Part shown: in pieces, positions 26,837-40,659 of the stretch | Layout: each line of letters opens with the position of its first letter | Position numbering within the stretch: the first letter of the stretch is position 1 | Assembly (NCBI GenBank): GCA_051294905.1 | Contig: CM119373.1 | Span: 4,528,001-4,592,000, forward strand | Source of the DNA: Botryllus schlosseri | Lineage: Eukaryota | Direction of reading: 5' to 3' | DNA: 64,000 bases | Position numbers and translations under genes: made by a program | Notes under the pieces: generated by a model | The model's input: the letters and a program-made list of their open reading frames with translations, nothing else | The model's database searches: none | Told to the model about the DNA's origin: nothing

Positions 26837-27462
26837 AATGCAACAGTACCGTTCTCAATTTCCCTGCAAAAAGACATACAGGCTACGTGCAGTTTACCGG
26901 TACTTTACCAAAGATTTCGTCGTTCACTGTCTGCGTCTGGGTACAGCCACAGAGTCCAACAGAGTTCGTAAAAGGATCGATCATTAGTTATTGCACTGCA
27001 GGCATGGGACAGTGCAACACATTTCTCATGATTTTATATAAAACCGAACTGAGGATTTACATCAACAACGCAGAGCATTTGTTTAAGTCTGTTCCGAAAA
27101 TAACTGGTCGTTCGCACCTGTGTATTGTCTTGGAGATGAGCTCATTGACGTATTACGTCAACGGATCCAAGTACCTACCAAATACCAATGGAAGCAACGC
27201 GGCAAGCATACCGGGAGGTGGGGTACTTTTCCTGGGCAATGATCAAGACGGCTCTCCAGGGAATCCAAATCAAGAGAAGCAAGGATTTTATGGTGAAATG
27301 CGAGGTCTACATCTGTGGAAAAGAGCTCTGAAGAAAGCAGAGATCGAATACTTAAATCAATCCCGATGCAATTGCGTGACTGATTCTTTAATAACGTTCA
27401 GCAGGTCAAACTTAGACTTGCGAGGAAATGTTAGCGTTAGATACGATGTTCCGTGTGACTAA
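26837..27462 (+). CDS. Terminal exon encoding a pentraxin (ConA-like lectin fold) domain, copy A
   Basis: ttttag acceptor; LPKISSFTVCVWV, IISY, SHLCI, YYVNG, IPGGGVLFLGNDQD, FYGEMRGLHLWKRAL are pentraxin hallmarks; open to TAA. Confidence 0.9.
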
Positions 27463-27516
27463 TATGCGTGATTGCAGATTATAAGCAATATCATCTTCGC
27501 TCTTCAATGCCAATAA

Positions 27517-28470
27517 CACTGGTCCACAAATTTCAACTTTTTTTAATGTTTGGGTTTTGACAACTGATTTTGGCTAATTTTGGGGCGCTGAATCCGAAAA
27601 TGGCCTCAGATTTTCTCTATCATATCACGTTTTTGAGATATGAAATATCCCTATTTTTTAAAAAAAATCAGTTTTTGACCCCCTCTGTCCTCAAAACAAG
27701 GAAATCTGATGCAATAAACACTGTTTTATCTGCAATAATCCAGCTGTAATTAGCAAACAAGCATTCTCTATTTTATTCAAACAAATTTGCGTAGCTTTTA
27801 TTAAAATTTCATGCCTTGGAATAAAAAATAGCCATGCAAAAGAGCAACTCCCAAACTGATACAAGCGTGGCTTATTATCGCAATGAACAATGAAACAATA
27901 GTATCAGAACATCAAAACCGTTCTCGAAAAGTTGAAGTATCATGACCATGGCTGGCTCATCTGTCTAGATTTGAAAATGGTGAACTTTTTGCTGGGGCAA
28001 CAAATTGGCTACACCGAATACCAATGTTTTCTTTGCTACTGGGACAGCAGGGCTAAGGATCAGGACTGGAAAAAAGAAGAGTGGCCTCCAAGGCTCACCT
28101 TGACGCCTGGAGACAAAAATTTCATACGTGATCAGTTTGTTGATATCACAAAGATCCTCTTGCCTCTTCTTCACATCAAACGGTGCATAAAATGTCAATA
28201 AAGACTCAAATTTGTGTGAATCTAATATAGAATGCTTGTTTGCTAATTAAAGCTAGATTATTGCAGGTAAAACAGCGTTTATAGCATTAGAATTCCATGT
28301 TTTGACAACAGAGGGGGGTCAAAAATTGATTTTTTTAAAATTAGGGATATTTCATATCTCTAAAACGTGATGTGATGGATAAAATCTGAGGTCACTTTCG
28401 GATTCAGCGCCCCAAAATTAGCCAAAATCAGTTGTCAAAACCCAAACCTGAAATTTGGTGTAGACCAGTG
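27517..28470 (+). mobile_element. Internally deleted Tc1/mariner-related (m44-like) transposon with long TIRs
   Basis: ~250-bp inverted arms (cactggtc...ttttggggcgctgaatccgaaa); internal WLICLDLKMVNFLLGQQIGYTEYQCFLCYWDSRA...LLPLLHIK; absent at the paralogous site (~48160). Confidence 0.85.
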
Positions 28471-30355
28471 TAATTGAAGCATGGTAAATTGCAAATATAA
28501 CGTATATTTCACAGCATCAGCCTACGTATATTAATTATGCAAAGTAGTTCCGACTATGCATTTACAAGGGACTCGAATTAATTTTTAGGCTACATTTTGC
28601 AGAATCAGTTGTCTACCGTTTGAGGTGCATTCTTACCAAGGATATATATCCCTGATTCTTACTAACGATAAGTCCTTAAATTGATATGGAATAATTTTTT
28701 TTCCTCGCCAAAAATTACAGGTCTTACAGGACTTGGTATTTTAGCCAGCTGTGACGGCTACCTTCATTCGTATGTCATGCAATTGTGAATTCCAGCATGA
28801 TCTCCATGTTAACGTCCAAGTTTTCCTTGCGACTTACTGTAATAGTGAGAGTTGTTTCTGTGCGGACGTTGGGTGCATCTATTTTGAACAGGAGTTACAT
28901 CATAATAAATAACTTGTTTTTGTATGTGTAATAATATAGTTGTGAGTATCTTGTATTTGAATAATTATAGATTGAAGGTATGACTGTCGTCGCAAGAAAT
29001 CCGATCGATAAGAGTAACAGATAAAGATACCGGCCATGGGTTATCTTTTGAACTGGCTTAATGGGACACTGCGCTCTTAATATGATGTGGTCTCAAATCA
29101 AAGATGAAATCGGGAAAAACATTTTGCCGCAGCCATTTACGTCGGAAATCCACCGTAAAGGAACTGCGGCGTACCGAAAATTCCAAGTATCCCCATTCCA
29201 CGCTAATTGAATAAATATTTTATGATTGCGTGGCCGCGAGTCCCTGCTACTTAATCTGTTTCGACATTACTAGCATGATATCTTCATTTGCGCTTGCCCG
29301 ACCCTGTTTCTCGACGCGACCTCTATATTCTAGCCGCAATATTTCTTCATATGTTTTAATCAATTTATAGCATGAGGAGATATGCGATGAAGAACTAACC
29401 GAGTAAGCATAATAGCGACCTACTAAGTATAACTGCTGAATATTTTGCAACTGACTGCGTTCTCGTTACCAACTATTTGATATTGAAATCAAACTCCTGA
29501 GATCTGCTTGCGTTTGCAAGAAAAGCGAGATAGTTTGGCGACGTCGTTAGTAAGTAAGACTAATGTGCTACGACAGACGCTGTAACATCGACTCAAATCA
29601 AGATCTACACACGAGTGTCCTGCAGCATTTCATTTTGTTGGTCTTTACAGTGACACATGAAGTGAGCGAAGGAACGAACGAACGAACGAACGAATGTGAC
29701 TGTGAATGAATGGGAATGAATAGCTTTAATATGAATTAATATGGATGGATGCACAAATGAAATCACTATGTTGGTAATCAAAAAGTAACAACGGCGGTAA
29801 GAGCCCAGTATGATTATGCCAGGGGTTCTCTTTTTTTTGGCCGTGGCCCATTTACTGGTTTGAAAAGGTGCTGTGACCCACCTTTTCACGAGTGGCGGAG
29901 GAATATATTCTTTCGTCCCTGGATTTCGTTGGAAATGCCGCCCAAATTTTGAACTATAAAATATTTACTGGAAATCTTATAGTTTCGACTATAAAAAACT
30001 GTAATCACCTCACATTTTGCCTCATCCTTGCAGCCTGCCGCCCATGGCGCAGAGCCACAACCGCCAAGTCACTGCTACGCCACGGCTCTTCACCATGAGT
30101 CATAACCCTTCTCAACGCATGCCCGATACTTCCACAGGAAATTGATGCAATTATGGCTATTTTAATGTTAAAATAATACGACCTGCCGAAGCACCGTAAA
30201 TCTGCATCAAATACACATCAGTCCGAGGTTAATGCACAGTTGCACAATGCACAATTGCACACCCTTCTGAACGCAATACTTACTTAGTTACTTCAGCATT
30301 TACTTCGAGTTGTTATATAACCGAAATTATTATCGTTGCTGTAAGCCGTATGTGG

Positions 30356-30460
30356 GTCGTGCTATAAGTCGGCAGTTACGGAAAATAAGAAGAATATCGG
30401 CCTGGTGTAAATGACCATAGTAGTCGACAAACACCAAGAATACCCCAAAACAAAGAAACA
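30356..30460 (+). mobile_element. 5'-truncated copy of the 42290 SINE family
   Basis: Matches the 3' end of the SINE at 42465-42570; aagccgta occurs on both sides. Confidence 0.75.
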
Positions 30461-32098
30461 AAGCCGTAGGTTGTCATCATTGGCGTAGCCGAGAAACAAA
30501 AGGCACCGTTTTCCTCCAATTTACGACTGGTACATTATGACGCCATAGCTGTCATTTCGTCTCGAGTCTGCTGAAAAGCTTGAGGTAGCCTACGCATAAT
30601 TCGAAAATATGAATATTTGTTATGAACGAGTAACATCACAAATATACCTAAACTTTCACTGAAAGTACAATTTTGATAATAGCTCTGTGCCCCTGAGTGA
30701 TGATGGTCATGGTGCGTGTGATGATGAAGGAAAGCGGTGGCATGCACTTCTTTGCACAATGATTTATTTGGGGGAACCCGCTTTAAATACGGTGCGGTCT
30801 CAAATTTGAAATAAAATGGAGAATAAACTTTTGGCCGCAGCTGAGTCCGTTCTATCTCATCATGTCTGAGCAATTCAGTGACGCGTCATGTGTTCTCCAC
30901 GTGCTACTAAAAGAAATGGGACTACAATATGGCGGTGTGTCATCAATTTTGCAACTGGTTAACCAGCGAAGACTAGCCGCCGCCACAGCATAGAGTTTTA
31001 ATTTTCAGCTAGAGTGGAACGACGTGTTTCGGAAAAAAATATTTATCTGCAGTTTTATTACGGTGGCTTTCGGAATAAAATGACTGCGGCCAAAATGTTT
31101 TCCCGATTTTATCTTCAATTGGAGACCACATCATATTTAGAGTAAAATGAATGACCCTTTAACTAAAATGTTGATAGAAGTAAGAAGTCTAGCATTCGAA
31201 TAATTGAGTAAATGTGACTAGTGATAATGACAATATGACAGTTGCAATGCCATAAACGAAAAAATGAAAATTCTTTTGTTGAACATTGATTCGATATGCA
31301 TGAAAGAAACGATGCTGAGCCTAATCATTTGTAGTTTTTTCACATTGTTTGAGTCACATTGTGTATTGACTCGAATTTCCTATCCTTTGACGATGGATTT
31401 AGTGAATTATTGCCATCGCAGTTTTTTCGGTGATTGGTACCCAGTCCATCACCAGTTAAATATTATAAGCTTGATTTGCGACTCCAATATTCCGCAGCTC
31501 AGATCGCTATATCAGAAGAACACAACTATCACAAAGCATTCCGCATTGTACGTATGTTGATTGTTGCCGATAGAAAAATCCTATACATCCTCGCAGCACA
31601 CTTCTAAGTTATTACCGAATTTCATTCACCATACAGCACTGTCTATTAACAATAATTACCAACAACGTATTTTATTTTCGCCATTGGATCTTTCGGGTGA
31701 ATCTATTGTTTGAAAACTTTCAAAGCAATGTACGTACATTAAGCATGGTAATGTTATTCTTGAGCTTTGCCAGAATTGTTGGTATTTGCATTATAAATGA
31801 TATGGAACATACTTTACCTAAAATAGCTGGACGGGTGTACTTCACGCGTTCATTGTATACAATGACTTTCTGGTGGTGCCTGGTGATAAGGAAGTTATCT
31901 GATCGTCGACAGCAGTACGGTGGACGGCGGTAATAGTTCACGCAACGCATATGTGAAATTTCATCCCCTAAACGGATAGAAAACATCGAATACGTGTCCC
32001 CGCTGACAGCCGATAAAATCATACGAGGAAGTGTGCTGTGTTGCATATTTGTTCGCTGCAAGTGCTAAATTATCACTGGATAATCCAGAAGACTTGAC

Positions 32099-32144
32099 AT
32101 GAAAGTGGGAAAGTATCAGCTGCTAGTTCTGATGCTGTGTGCAG
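32099..32144 (+). other. Candidate first exon with signal-peptide-like start
   Basis: ATG AAA GTG... MKVGKYQLLVLMLCA G|gt, upstream of copy B. Confidence 0.25.
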
Positions 32145-33506
32145 GTTTGATAGCTGGTTATGTTATTGATCGTCTGTTCGTAGCTTATTGACCGATCGGT
32201 AATATATGTTGTGCTAATGTTAAGTTATGTTACCAAAGAAAATATCATAATATATATATTTACCGACAGATGGATTTTAAACGCATTGTAGGCCTTTAAA
32301 TTTTCGGATAATAAACTTCTACGTCGCTTATGGATCAGATATCATATGTTTCTCCACAATTTTATTCTATAAATATATATATGTGAAATCTACAATAATA
32401 TTTTTTAAGGCTGGAATGCACTTGGTGTCTGAGACCGTTTCTGTGTAACCGAACTTTAAATTGGCTTCAATCTATATATTCAATATTCATGATTGAATAT
32501 TGTCCTTGTATCAGTAAGCATGGTGTTTCGATTACATTGGTCATAAACACTAGACCTGACTTCTTTTTCATGATTCCTTAGCCACCCACTTTCGTTCCAG
32601 ACTTTCGTAAGACAAAGCGGATGTGACGGCGAGGAGGTACCTAAATAAGCCTTAAAGTTTTATTAGGAATTATGGACTCGAACTAGCAAACCATTGGCGA
32701 AACATACCAATGCACATATCCTATCACCTGAAATATACGCGGAAGTTACGTGAAATTTTGTGATATGGTAGCGAAATCTCGATCAATGAAAGTGTAGGCA
32801 CAGTTAAGCGGTCTTTTGAAGAACGGGTAAAATATTTCCGCTTATTCCATGATGCGTTCATGCAACATGCTGTATTGGATTATTAACACATATTAGGTTT
32901 TGGCCTGTGACGATATGTTTACGCCCACAGTATAATTACAGATGCGATGGACACTAAGCATTTTATACTGTTATCTGTTATCGACATGGTAACCTGTATA
33001 TTACTCATTAATTGGTTGATGAATGAGCGGATCCAATAAGACATTGTGACGGCTCGCACTTGTGCGATTGAAAAAAATTCAGAGCGAATGAGAAGCGTGG
33101 TGCGAATGGTTCGAATGAATATCTGGATGAGTTCGAATGAAAATCGTCCAAATTTCTCACTTTTTATGACGTGAAATAATTCAAGTAAATAGAATATTAA
33201 GTACAGTGAGTCCGTAACTTTTCTCGTTTGGACGGAATTCTATAAACTTGTTGGTAGCTATGCTTTCCAAGTTCACCAGAAAGGAACGCTCCCGGTGCTT
33301 TTATATTGTGTTGAACGGCTCGTGCACCAACTCGCGACGCGATTTTGGCCTGCCCGCTAACATTTGCTTGAAATTTAAAATATAGAATCTTTTTGCAAGT
33401 GAATAATAATGCGTGGGTGATTATTCTGTATAAATCAAACATGAAATGCGTTCACTATGAGTATCGTGACTACGTAGGCTATATACGTCGTATGTGTAAT
33501 CCAGAT

Positions 33507-35061
33507 CGGAGTTGGATCAATTGTAATTTGTAATTGAGCTAAAGTACATTTTTTTCATGTAATTGTAATTTAAGCATTTCTATTTTGTGTAATTGTAATT
33601 GTAATTGTAATTTGATCAAAATTTTGCTCAATTACAATCTCAATTAAATTTTCATGAAAATCTGACATCACAACATAAAATAATAATTTAATCAATCATT
33701 TATTCGTCGCACCAGTGAAAATCCGGCACGAACCACGATGACGACGAGGGGCCTTAAGGCCTTAGGAAACAGTCGCCACAATTAGCCTATTTTCATCGGT
33801 GTTCTATATGTGCTGCGTTACAACTAGATAATTCAGTCACGCTAAACTGTTTCCCATACTTCAGTAGCAACAGAAAATATAGGCTAAGCCAGTGGTTCTC
33901 AGACTAGGGACGTGCCCCCTGGGTGGCGTGAAAGCATCTGAACTGGGCGCGACGCTCCAGTGAACTGAAATATTTTCCGCTCTTGGCCCGATTCACCTCC
34001 GTTTTATGTTTATTGCTCGGTGTATAGTCTGAATTTCGTATTGGAGAATTCTCTCATGAACAGTCATAACCTTCCATACCATCAAATTATCTGTGAGGAT
34101 CGCTAACTTTCTGGTTTCATTGTGTGCTATGACGATTATGGGGGCACGGAATATTCACTGTCATAAAGGGGGGCGTGTCTAAAAAAGTTAGAGAACCAGT
34201 GGGCTAAACTAAATCTTAATATTCCAAAAATGGATGAACGGCAAATAAACTCTTCTGAAACCTGTGCTGAACCATTTCCTACACCACGGTCAACGTTTTT
34301 TTAAAATCTTTGACCAGTACCGAGGATTGTTGCAACAATAGCAAAAAAATTCCAAGTTTCCAACCAAGGCTTCATCAAACTTGATCACGCATTTGTAGAT
34401 ATTATCCCAATCTTACCTCCAATCTTGGCCAAATTTACTGGGGCCAGAAACTTTTCGCACCCTATGTTCATCAAATGCAATCTAACAGTTTCCGAGCAAG
34501 TGAAAATGTAAATGCGAACCAAAATATTGTAATTCTTAATTATCAGGAGGTTCTTTCCTTTTGCATTTATTTTAATTTTACGCACCTTCTCGGTATCATC
34601 CTTATCGCTGACGCCTTACCAATTACATTTCATTGACTGTCCTGTAGCCTATTAGCTGTTAGTCGCTCAAACCTTTGTTTCTTTACAGTCGCTTGAAATA
34701 TTTTCCTCTGCTTGTAGTTTTCAGTATTCATGATTAGGAATAGTTCGAATACGTTCGAGTTTTTTTAGTTAGAGGGTACATATCAGGAATGAAACATAAA
34801 TAGGTTGAGATTGTTGTTAATTATGTCGCTACGGTTGTCAAAGAACACCTCTTTACTGAATAAATTACCTGTTTAAAAGTAATAGTAATTGTGGTTATAA
34901 TTGTAATTAATTGAATATATTTAACAGTAATTGTAATTGTAATTGTAATTTGATATATTTAGCATTGAGTAATTGTAATTGTAATGTGATTGAAACACGC
35001 AAGGAAGTAATTGTAATTGTAATTGTAATTGAATTAAAATATTGTAATTGATCCAACTCTG
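33507..35061. mobile_element. Non-autonomous hAT-type element with (GTAATT)n subterminal repeats
   Basis: TIRs cggagttggatcaatt / aattgatccaactctg; perfect 8-bp TSD atccagat. Confidence 0.85.
33890..34201. mobile_element. Charlie-like MITE nested in 33507-35061
   Basis: cagtggttctc / gagaaccagtg; TSD ggctaagc / ggctaaac. Confidence 0.75.
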
Positions 35062-36091
35062 ATCCAGATTGTAAATAAATCGAATATCGCAAAGTATGCC
35101 GTATCAATTCCACTGTTTTACATCGTATATAGTTCAAACGTTGTCCATGCCATGGTCACTGCAGCAATTACACGGCCTCTACTTTAAATTCGTTTATGAA
35201 ATTCGAATTCGCAAAACAATTCGGTCAGTGCCCGTCAGTAGTCACTAGTGGTCATTACCACCAGTAGGTCATGTTATATCAAACAATGAAGGCTGGAGAC
35301 CGAAGTAGGCTCACGATATTAGGGGATTTGGAGCGCATGAGAAATGTTTAATGAAGTCAGCAATGAATACATGCACTCGGTACGACCGCACTGATATTGG
35401 AAAATAGTGAATAATTGCTTCCGCCTCCTGTATGCATGTATGTTGGGGTTACGGTATGGTCAGCAACAATGACGTTGTGCAGTAAATCTAAGTTTTAGAA
35501 GCCTGCGAACCCGATTAGCCTACTCTATTGTTGTTGCATCTCGGTTAAAATATATAATCTATCACTGGTAAATAGCTTTCAATACAATATCCATTGTAGA
35601 ATAATATTTATTAACTCGAAGACTTTTCGGGTGCCTCTTTTCAAGAGTTATCGGCACACTGAAGGGATTTAAACAGATTTAAAAGCAAAACCAAAAAGGC
35701 ACAGTATGACGCAACAATCAAAATCACAGACCATGAAATTCGCATTGTATCAATGGCAACAATAACAAACTACGAAGTATACGGAATCTCACAAACGGTA
35801 CTATAGTAGCAGCACAAATTTGTAAGTAAACAATTACACGCACTGAACAACACGCACTAATGAGAAATTTGTAGGTTATAGAGGAAATCTTTCTGTCTGC
35901 ATAAAATAGGTTTGCTCAACTGAATAATAGTAGACTCCAACACTTTTAAATGAAACACAGACCTACCACGCGCAATGACAGTGAACACTGAACATATTGT
36001 CATCATAGTGCTGTGCACAGGCAAGGTAAATGGTGCAAGGGGCACCTAATAGCGAAACAATGTCTATGCGCACGTGGTTGCGTTTACTGTT

Positions 36092-36520
36092 TAGGGTTGC
36101 ATTTAAAACAAAAATCAATTTAAAACAAACATGTTCAAAACAAGGCCCTTTTTGTATTGTGTTTTATGTTTTTTTTAAGCCATGACGTCACGAATATTCA
36201 ATTGTGACGTCACAGTGGATTGACATTGTCAATTGAAAATATAGGGTAAAATAGCTCCTTTGACGAAATATATGTACTATTGCTGTTCAACAGACTATTT
36301 TGAGGGCTCCAACCATCTCAGATCGATATACGTCGGCTATATCCGGTGGTAATTGTCCGTATAGGCCCATACAACATGTTTTTTGTGAAGTATTTACGCA
36401 AATATAGCACAATTTTACAATTTAAAAAAAAAGTATTTTAAAGTCTCATTTTAAAACACTGTTTGAAACATGTTTTAAACAAATAGTTTTAAAACACCGT
36501 TTGTTTTAATTGCAACCCTA
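36092..36520. mobile_element. MITE with hAT/Tip100-like ends
   Basis: TIRs tagggttgcatttaaaacaaa / tttgttttaattgcaacccta; no clear TSD. Confidence 0.65.
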
Positions 36521-36565
36521 GTGGCGTTGCGATATCCTTCAAATAATGGCAGTGCGAGATATGGC

Positions 36566-36825
36566 GAGAGAGAGAGAGAGATATGATATTCTTTCTCGCC
36601 TGCACCATCGAGATGCTTTGGCGACGGAGTTGCGATACGGCCCCATGAGGTCATCTAGTCTGCGCCCCCGTTTTTTTTCTCCTCCATGCTATCCGTGATT
36701 GCTGAGCGCCTAGCAGGATAGCTGCGGATACCATTTTTCGAGTCTTTGGTATGACCCGGCCGGGGATCGAACCCACGACCTACCGCTCGAGAAGCCGGAC
36801 GCACAACCATTACACTATCTCGCTC
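36566..36825 (-). mobile_element. tRNA-derived SINE with Meta-like central domain and (CT)n tail
   Basis: Minus strand: A box tagtgtaatgg, B box ggttcgatcc, then ggtcataccaaagac..aaaaatggta...tgctaggcgctcagca. Confidence 0.8.
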
Positions 36826-37742
36826 GCAACAATGCTTCATCGTTTATGTTACGTCACATGTTGTACAAAGTTCTCATACCCTGTATGCAGGAAACAAGTA
36901 ACATAGGTTTGAAAACATTACGTCAACTACTCCGGTCACAACCAAATTAGCAAGCTCAGTCACCCTCTGCTAGTATTTTTAGCATGGTTGTCAAAACTGA
37001 TGGCGTCTGACTCATAAACCTATTGGCCGACTTCCGAAATACGGCGAGAACGCTTGTAACGTTCATTTCTTCAAACGCTATATATGGATATGTTTTTTCA
37101 AATGTTTCATCTCGGTGCTCATTTTGCAGTTCGTGTGCATGTGCATACGCCCATGCCGCGTTATTGGGTCATGATATTGATCGATGATATTGGATGTAGT
37201 ATCTCAAGTTATCATGTTGGCTTACACTGAATATGACTTACCACTTTTAGAACGAATTTGTATAATTTGAATACATCACGCATTTTATGGGCCTACACTT
37301 GAAAAAAAATCATACCTATGAAAGGCTCGTTTTCAAGTAGGAGATACAGTGACTTGGATTTGGGAGACAGTCACTAATGCGATTCCGATGATGACAGCAA
37401 TAATGGAGAAACTCGTAGCAGTTTTAATATTGTGTCTAGCAGGTGTGTATTTTGTGAAGGCGATGTATATTTGCATGATTCATAAATAATGTGAGAAGAT
37501 TCCCGGTATTCTGGTTGCTATGTATAATCTGCGTTATCATATTATTCTTGCGAGAACTCAGTTTGATTAGTATATCGATAAAGGCCAGAATAACTGTAAT
37601 TGAATTTTGATTCGATTTACTTACATGAAAGCAACGATACTGAATCACATCGATTCAGAGGACAGCACAACGTGTGCTGTTGACTATTGGCTAAGCTAAA
37701 AGCAGCGCTAATGTATGTTCCATTCGATATAGCGAGGTTGTA

Positions 37743-38678
37743 GGGGAGATGTGGTACCGATGGATCAAAAATTGCAAATTGATCTCTGGCCCTCAAATCT
37801 TCAGCCGAGAATAGCAGATCATTTGTAGTCTCGCAGACATTTACATGAATATCCGCCTTTTCAAAAAATATTTATGAACGTTTAAATATTGTGGCTCGAA
37901 CGTGTCATCGGTCCCCACCCGGTGGGTCCAAAGGCACACGACCATGGGACCTATGAGACATACGCTCAAAAACTCAAATTTGTTCACTTGTTTTGTTGTG
38001 TACTGTAAGCTAAGCTACAGCAAGCCAATGAAGAATGTTTCGTCGCGACCTTCAAGAATAAAATAGATTATATCAATTCAAATGTTGGCATAAAATCTTG
38101 TTTTGATTTACGCTCAAATTTACAAAATTATTGCCACATACATATTACCCGCAAATCGACATTTTGACTTTCAAATACCTCGTAATAGCGATAAAACACC
38201 ACAGGTAACTCTGATTTACAGCCTATATATATATGTAGGCGAGTTTCTGTTGTTAGGTGATTAGTTGATCAATCTATTTTGCTTGATTTGGCCATGGTAC
38301 CATAGGTCCCCCATCACATAAATATTGTAATTGACTTGAAAATAGTCCACTCGAGGATGGCATTGATTAAAAAAAATGTGCCATTATATAGCCTGATACA
38401 AGTCCTATACTTCACATCAGAAATTATGGCGGGTTTGTTAGTCTGACAGGTGATATAGAAAAATGCAAATGTCGATCCAAATTTACTATACACCCCCTAA
38501 AACGTAAATCATTCGTCACAGACCCCATAACTCAAGCAGGTCGAATTTTTTTGCATGTGAGGAAAGATTCTGCCAGCATACAATTGTAGACAAATTCACG
38601 GAGTGTGATAATGGAATTATCATGGAGAATTTTCCAAGTATTTTTGGTCCCAGTGATCCATCGGTACCACATCTCCCC
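37743..38678. mobile_element. Tc1/mariner-pogo-type MITE inserted in an exon of copy B
   Basis: Perfect 25-bp TIR ggggagatgtggtaccgatggatca; TA TSD. Confidence 0.85.
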
Positions 38679-39532
38679 TACACTGTACAGTAGTACGTGA
38701 GCTCAGCGGAAATGCCTGAAAGGGTATGGGCATTCAAAAGGTCTGGGAAGCACTGATCTAGGGGGATATAATATATTCTGAATACGTCTGTCATATCCCG
38801 TCAACTTCAAGTTCAGTGAAACACTACCTAAGGAGCTCGTCAGGTGATTGGTGCCCAATGCCCATAGTATAGTATAGTACATCCTTACTTTAATATTGTG
38901 ATCTTGACTTGTGACTCATGTTCTCTGCCTTTCTCGCAGGTTGCATCGTTTTATCAGAAGATCGCAAAGAAATATTCATTGTGAGTGTTCCGATTGCTGA
39001 TCTTTAAAACATGATTTACATTCATTATATTACTGAATTTCATTTTACGATACATGCTGCATATTTGCAATCAACAAAAACATATTTTATTTTCGCTAGG
39101 ATCTTACGGGTGAGAAATGTTTTGCTTGAAAGTTTCAATGCACTGTAAGTACAATACTTTGCAAAATTATCCTGGAACTTTACAAACTCCTTTCGTATCC
39201 GTGTTTAAATGATGTGCAGCAGGAATATGCGCAGCATATGAACAACAAAACGATTTCATGTGACAGGCGATGCAATGCTGAGTAAATGAAAGAATTCTGG
39301 ATTATCTACCGCATTTCAATCAAAAGCCAAGATATCTCAGGATAGGGTTTCACCATAAAAAATGTCAAACATGATCGTAAGTCACATTATAACCATTTGG
39401 TTGCCATGTTACATCCCCATCCAAGTTATCATTTGTAACGAGTCCGTGACATTGACACGGAATTCCGAGAAATGCAAAATTACACAGGAAGTGCAGATTT
39501 TTCATTCCACAATAAACCGCAAACGTATAGAC

Positions 39533-39899
39533 CAGTGGTTCCCAACCTTATGGACTCATAACATCCTTATCAATCTCGAGACGAATTCCCACCCCCATAT
39601 TTACTGACACCAAAAAATAGTACATATAAAAGCGAAATTTATTCACCCAACTTTGATCGCTGGTGAATTTACTAAAAAAAGTCACGTCTACTTTCCATTG
39701 AGTTGGCCTTTTTTTTGTGTCATACGCAGCATAGGCCGTCTTCACGTGCATTTTTTGATCGTGTTCATTACATATTTATCACTGAACGTTTCAACATTGT
39801 CGCCCCATATCACTCCGCATCCGCCCTCTTTGGTATCCCCCCCTTTGTGTCTGAAAATCGCCCAATGGGGGACGATATCGCCCGCGTTGGGAACCACTG
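39533..39899. mobile_element. Charlie-like MITE
   Basis: cagtggttcccaac / gttgggaaccactg; flanks gtatagac / gtatatgc. Confidence 0.75.
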
Positions 39900-40659
39900 G
39901 TATATGCTAGGGTTATCATACGTCCTCCTTTACGAGGATTTGTCCTACTTTATCAGGTTTTTGAAAATGTCCTCCGATGACGCCTAAATGTCCTCATTGT
40001 TTGGCAATTCGTCCTCCTTTACAGCTTTAACAGCTAAGATGATGGATAGATTTTTGTGAAAGGGGGCATAAATGACGCTAAATAGGAAATTCGAGGTTCG
40101 AACGAAAGTGACGACCTGCCGAGAAGTTGTCGCTTTGTATGTATATATAACCACCGAAACGAGGGATGTTATTTTTAAAATATGTAGTAGTGTCTATCGC
40201 AAGTTGCCTTAGCGTAAGTCTTACGACGTGACAGAAATTAGTCTAGTCGAGAGTCTTTGTTTCGACAAAAAACTATATAATATCGATAACTAAACGTTAC
40301 TTTTGACTGGTGAATGCTCTGTCAAGCTTATATAATAATAAAATGTCATACATGATGGTCTATAGAAATAACAAACATATGTATTGAGCATAAAATATGT
40401 TGTTACCCCGAAAGAGTGATTACGTAACATTCTGATAGGAGTGAAAACACTTTCACCATAATTTTGACGTGAAGCGTGACAGTGGAGTATATCAATAAAC
40501 TAAAATGCCTGGGTGCAACCAACATGACTTAGCAAAATTGTGTTTTTCAAACATTTATAAACTGCTGACGGAAGAGGCATTCGAAAACTTGGTGAATATT
40601 TGCAAATGCAAAACAGCCCTATCGTCTCCATAGAAGCCACCGTTAATCGCATCGCTGCC

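Noticed and set aside
35612..35648. Possible degenerate Penelope hammerhead on the minus strand (cttgaaaaag...cgaaa)
   Set aside because: Core is non-canonical and stems are weak.
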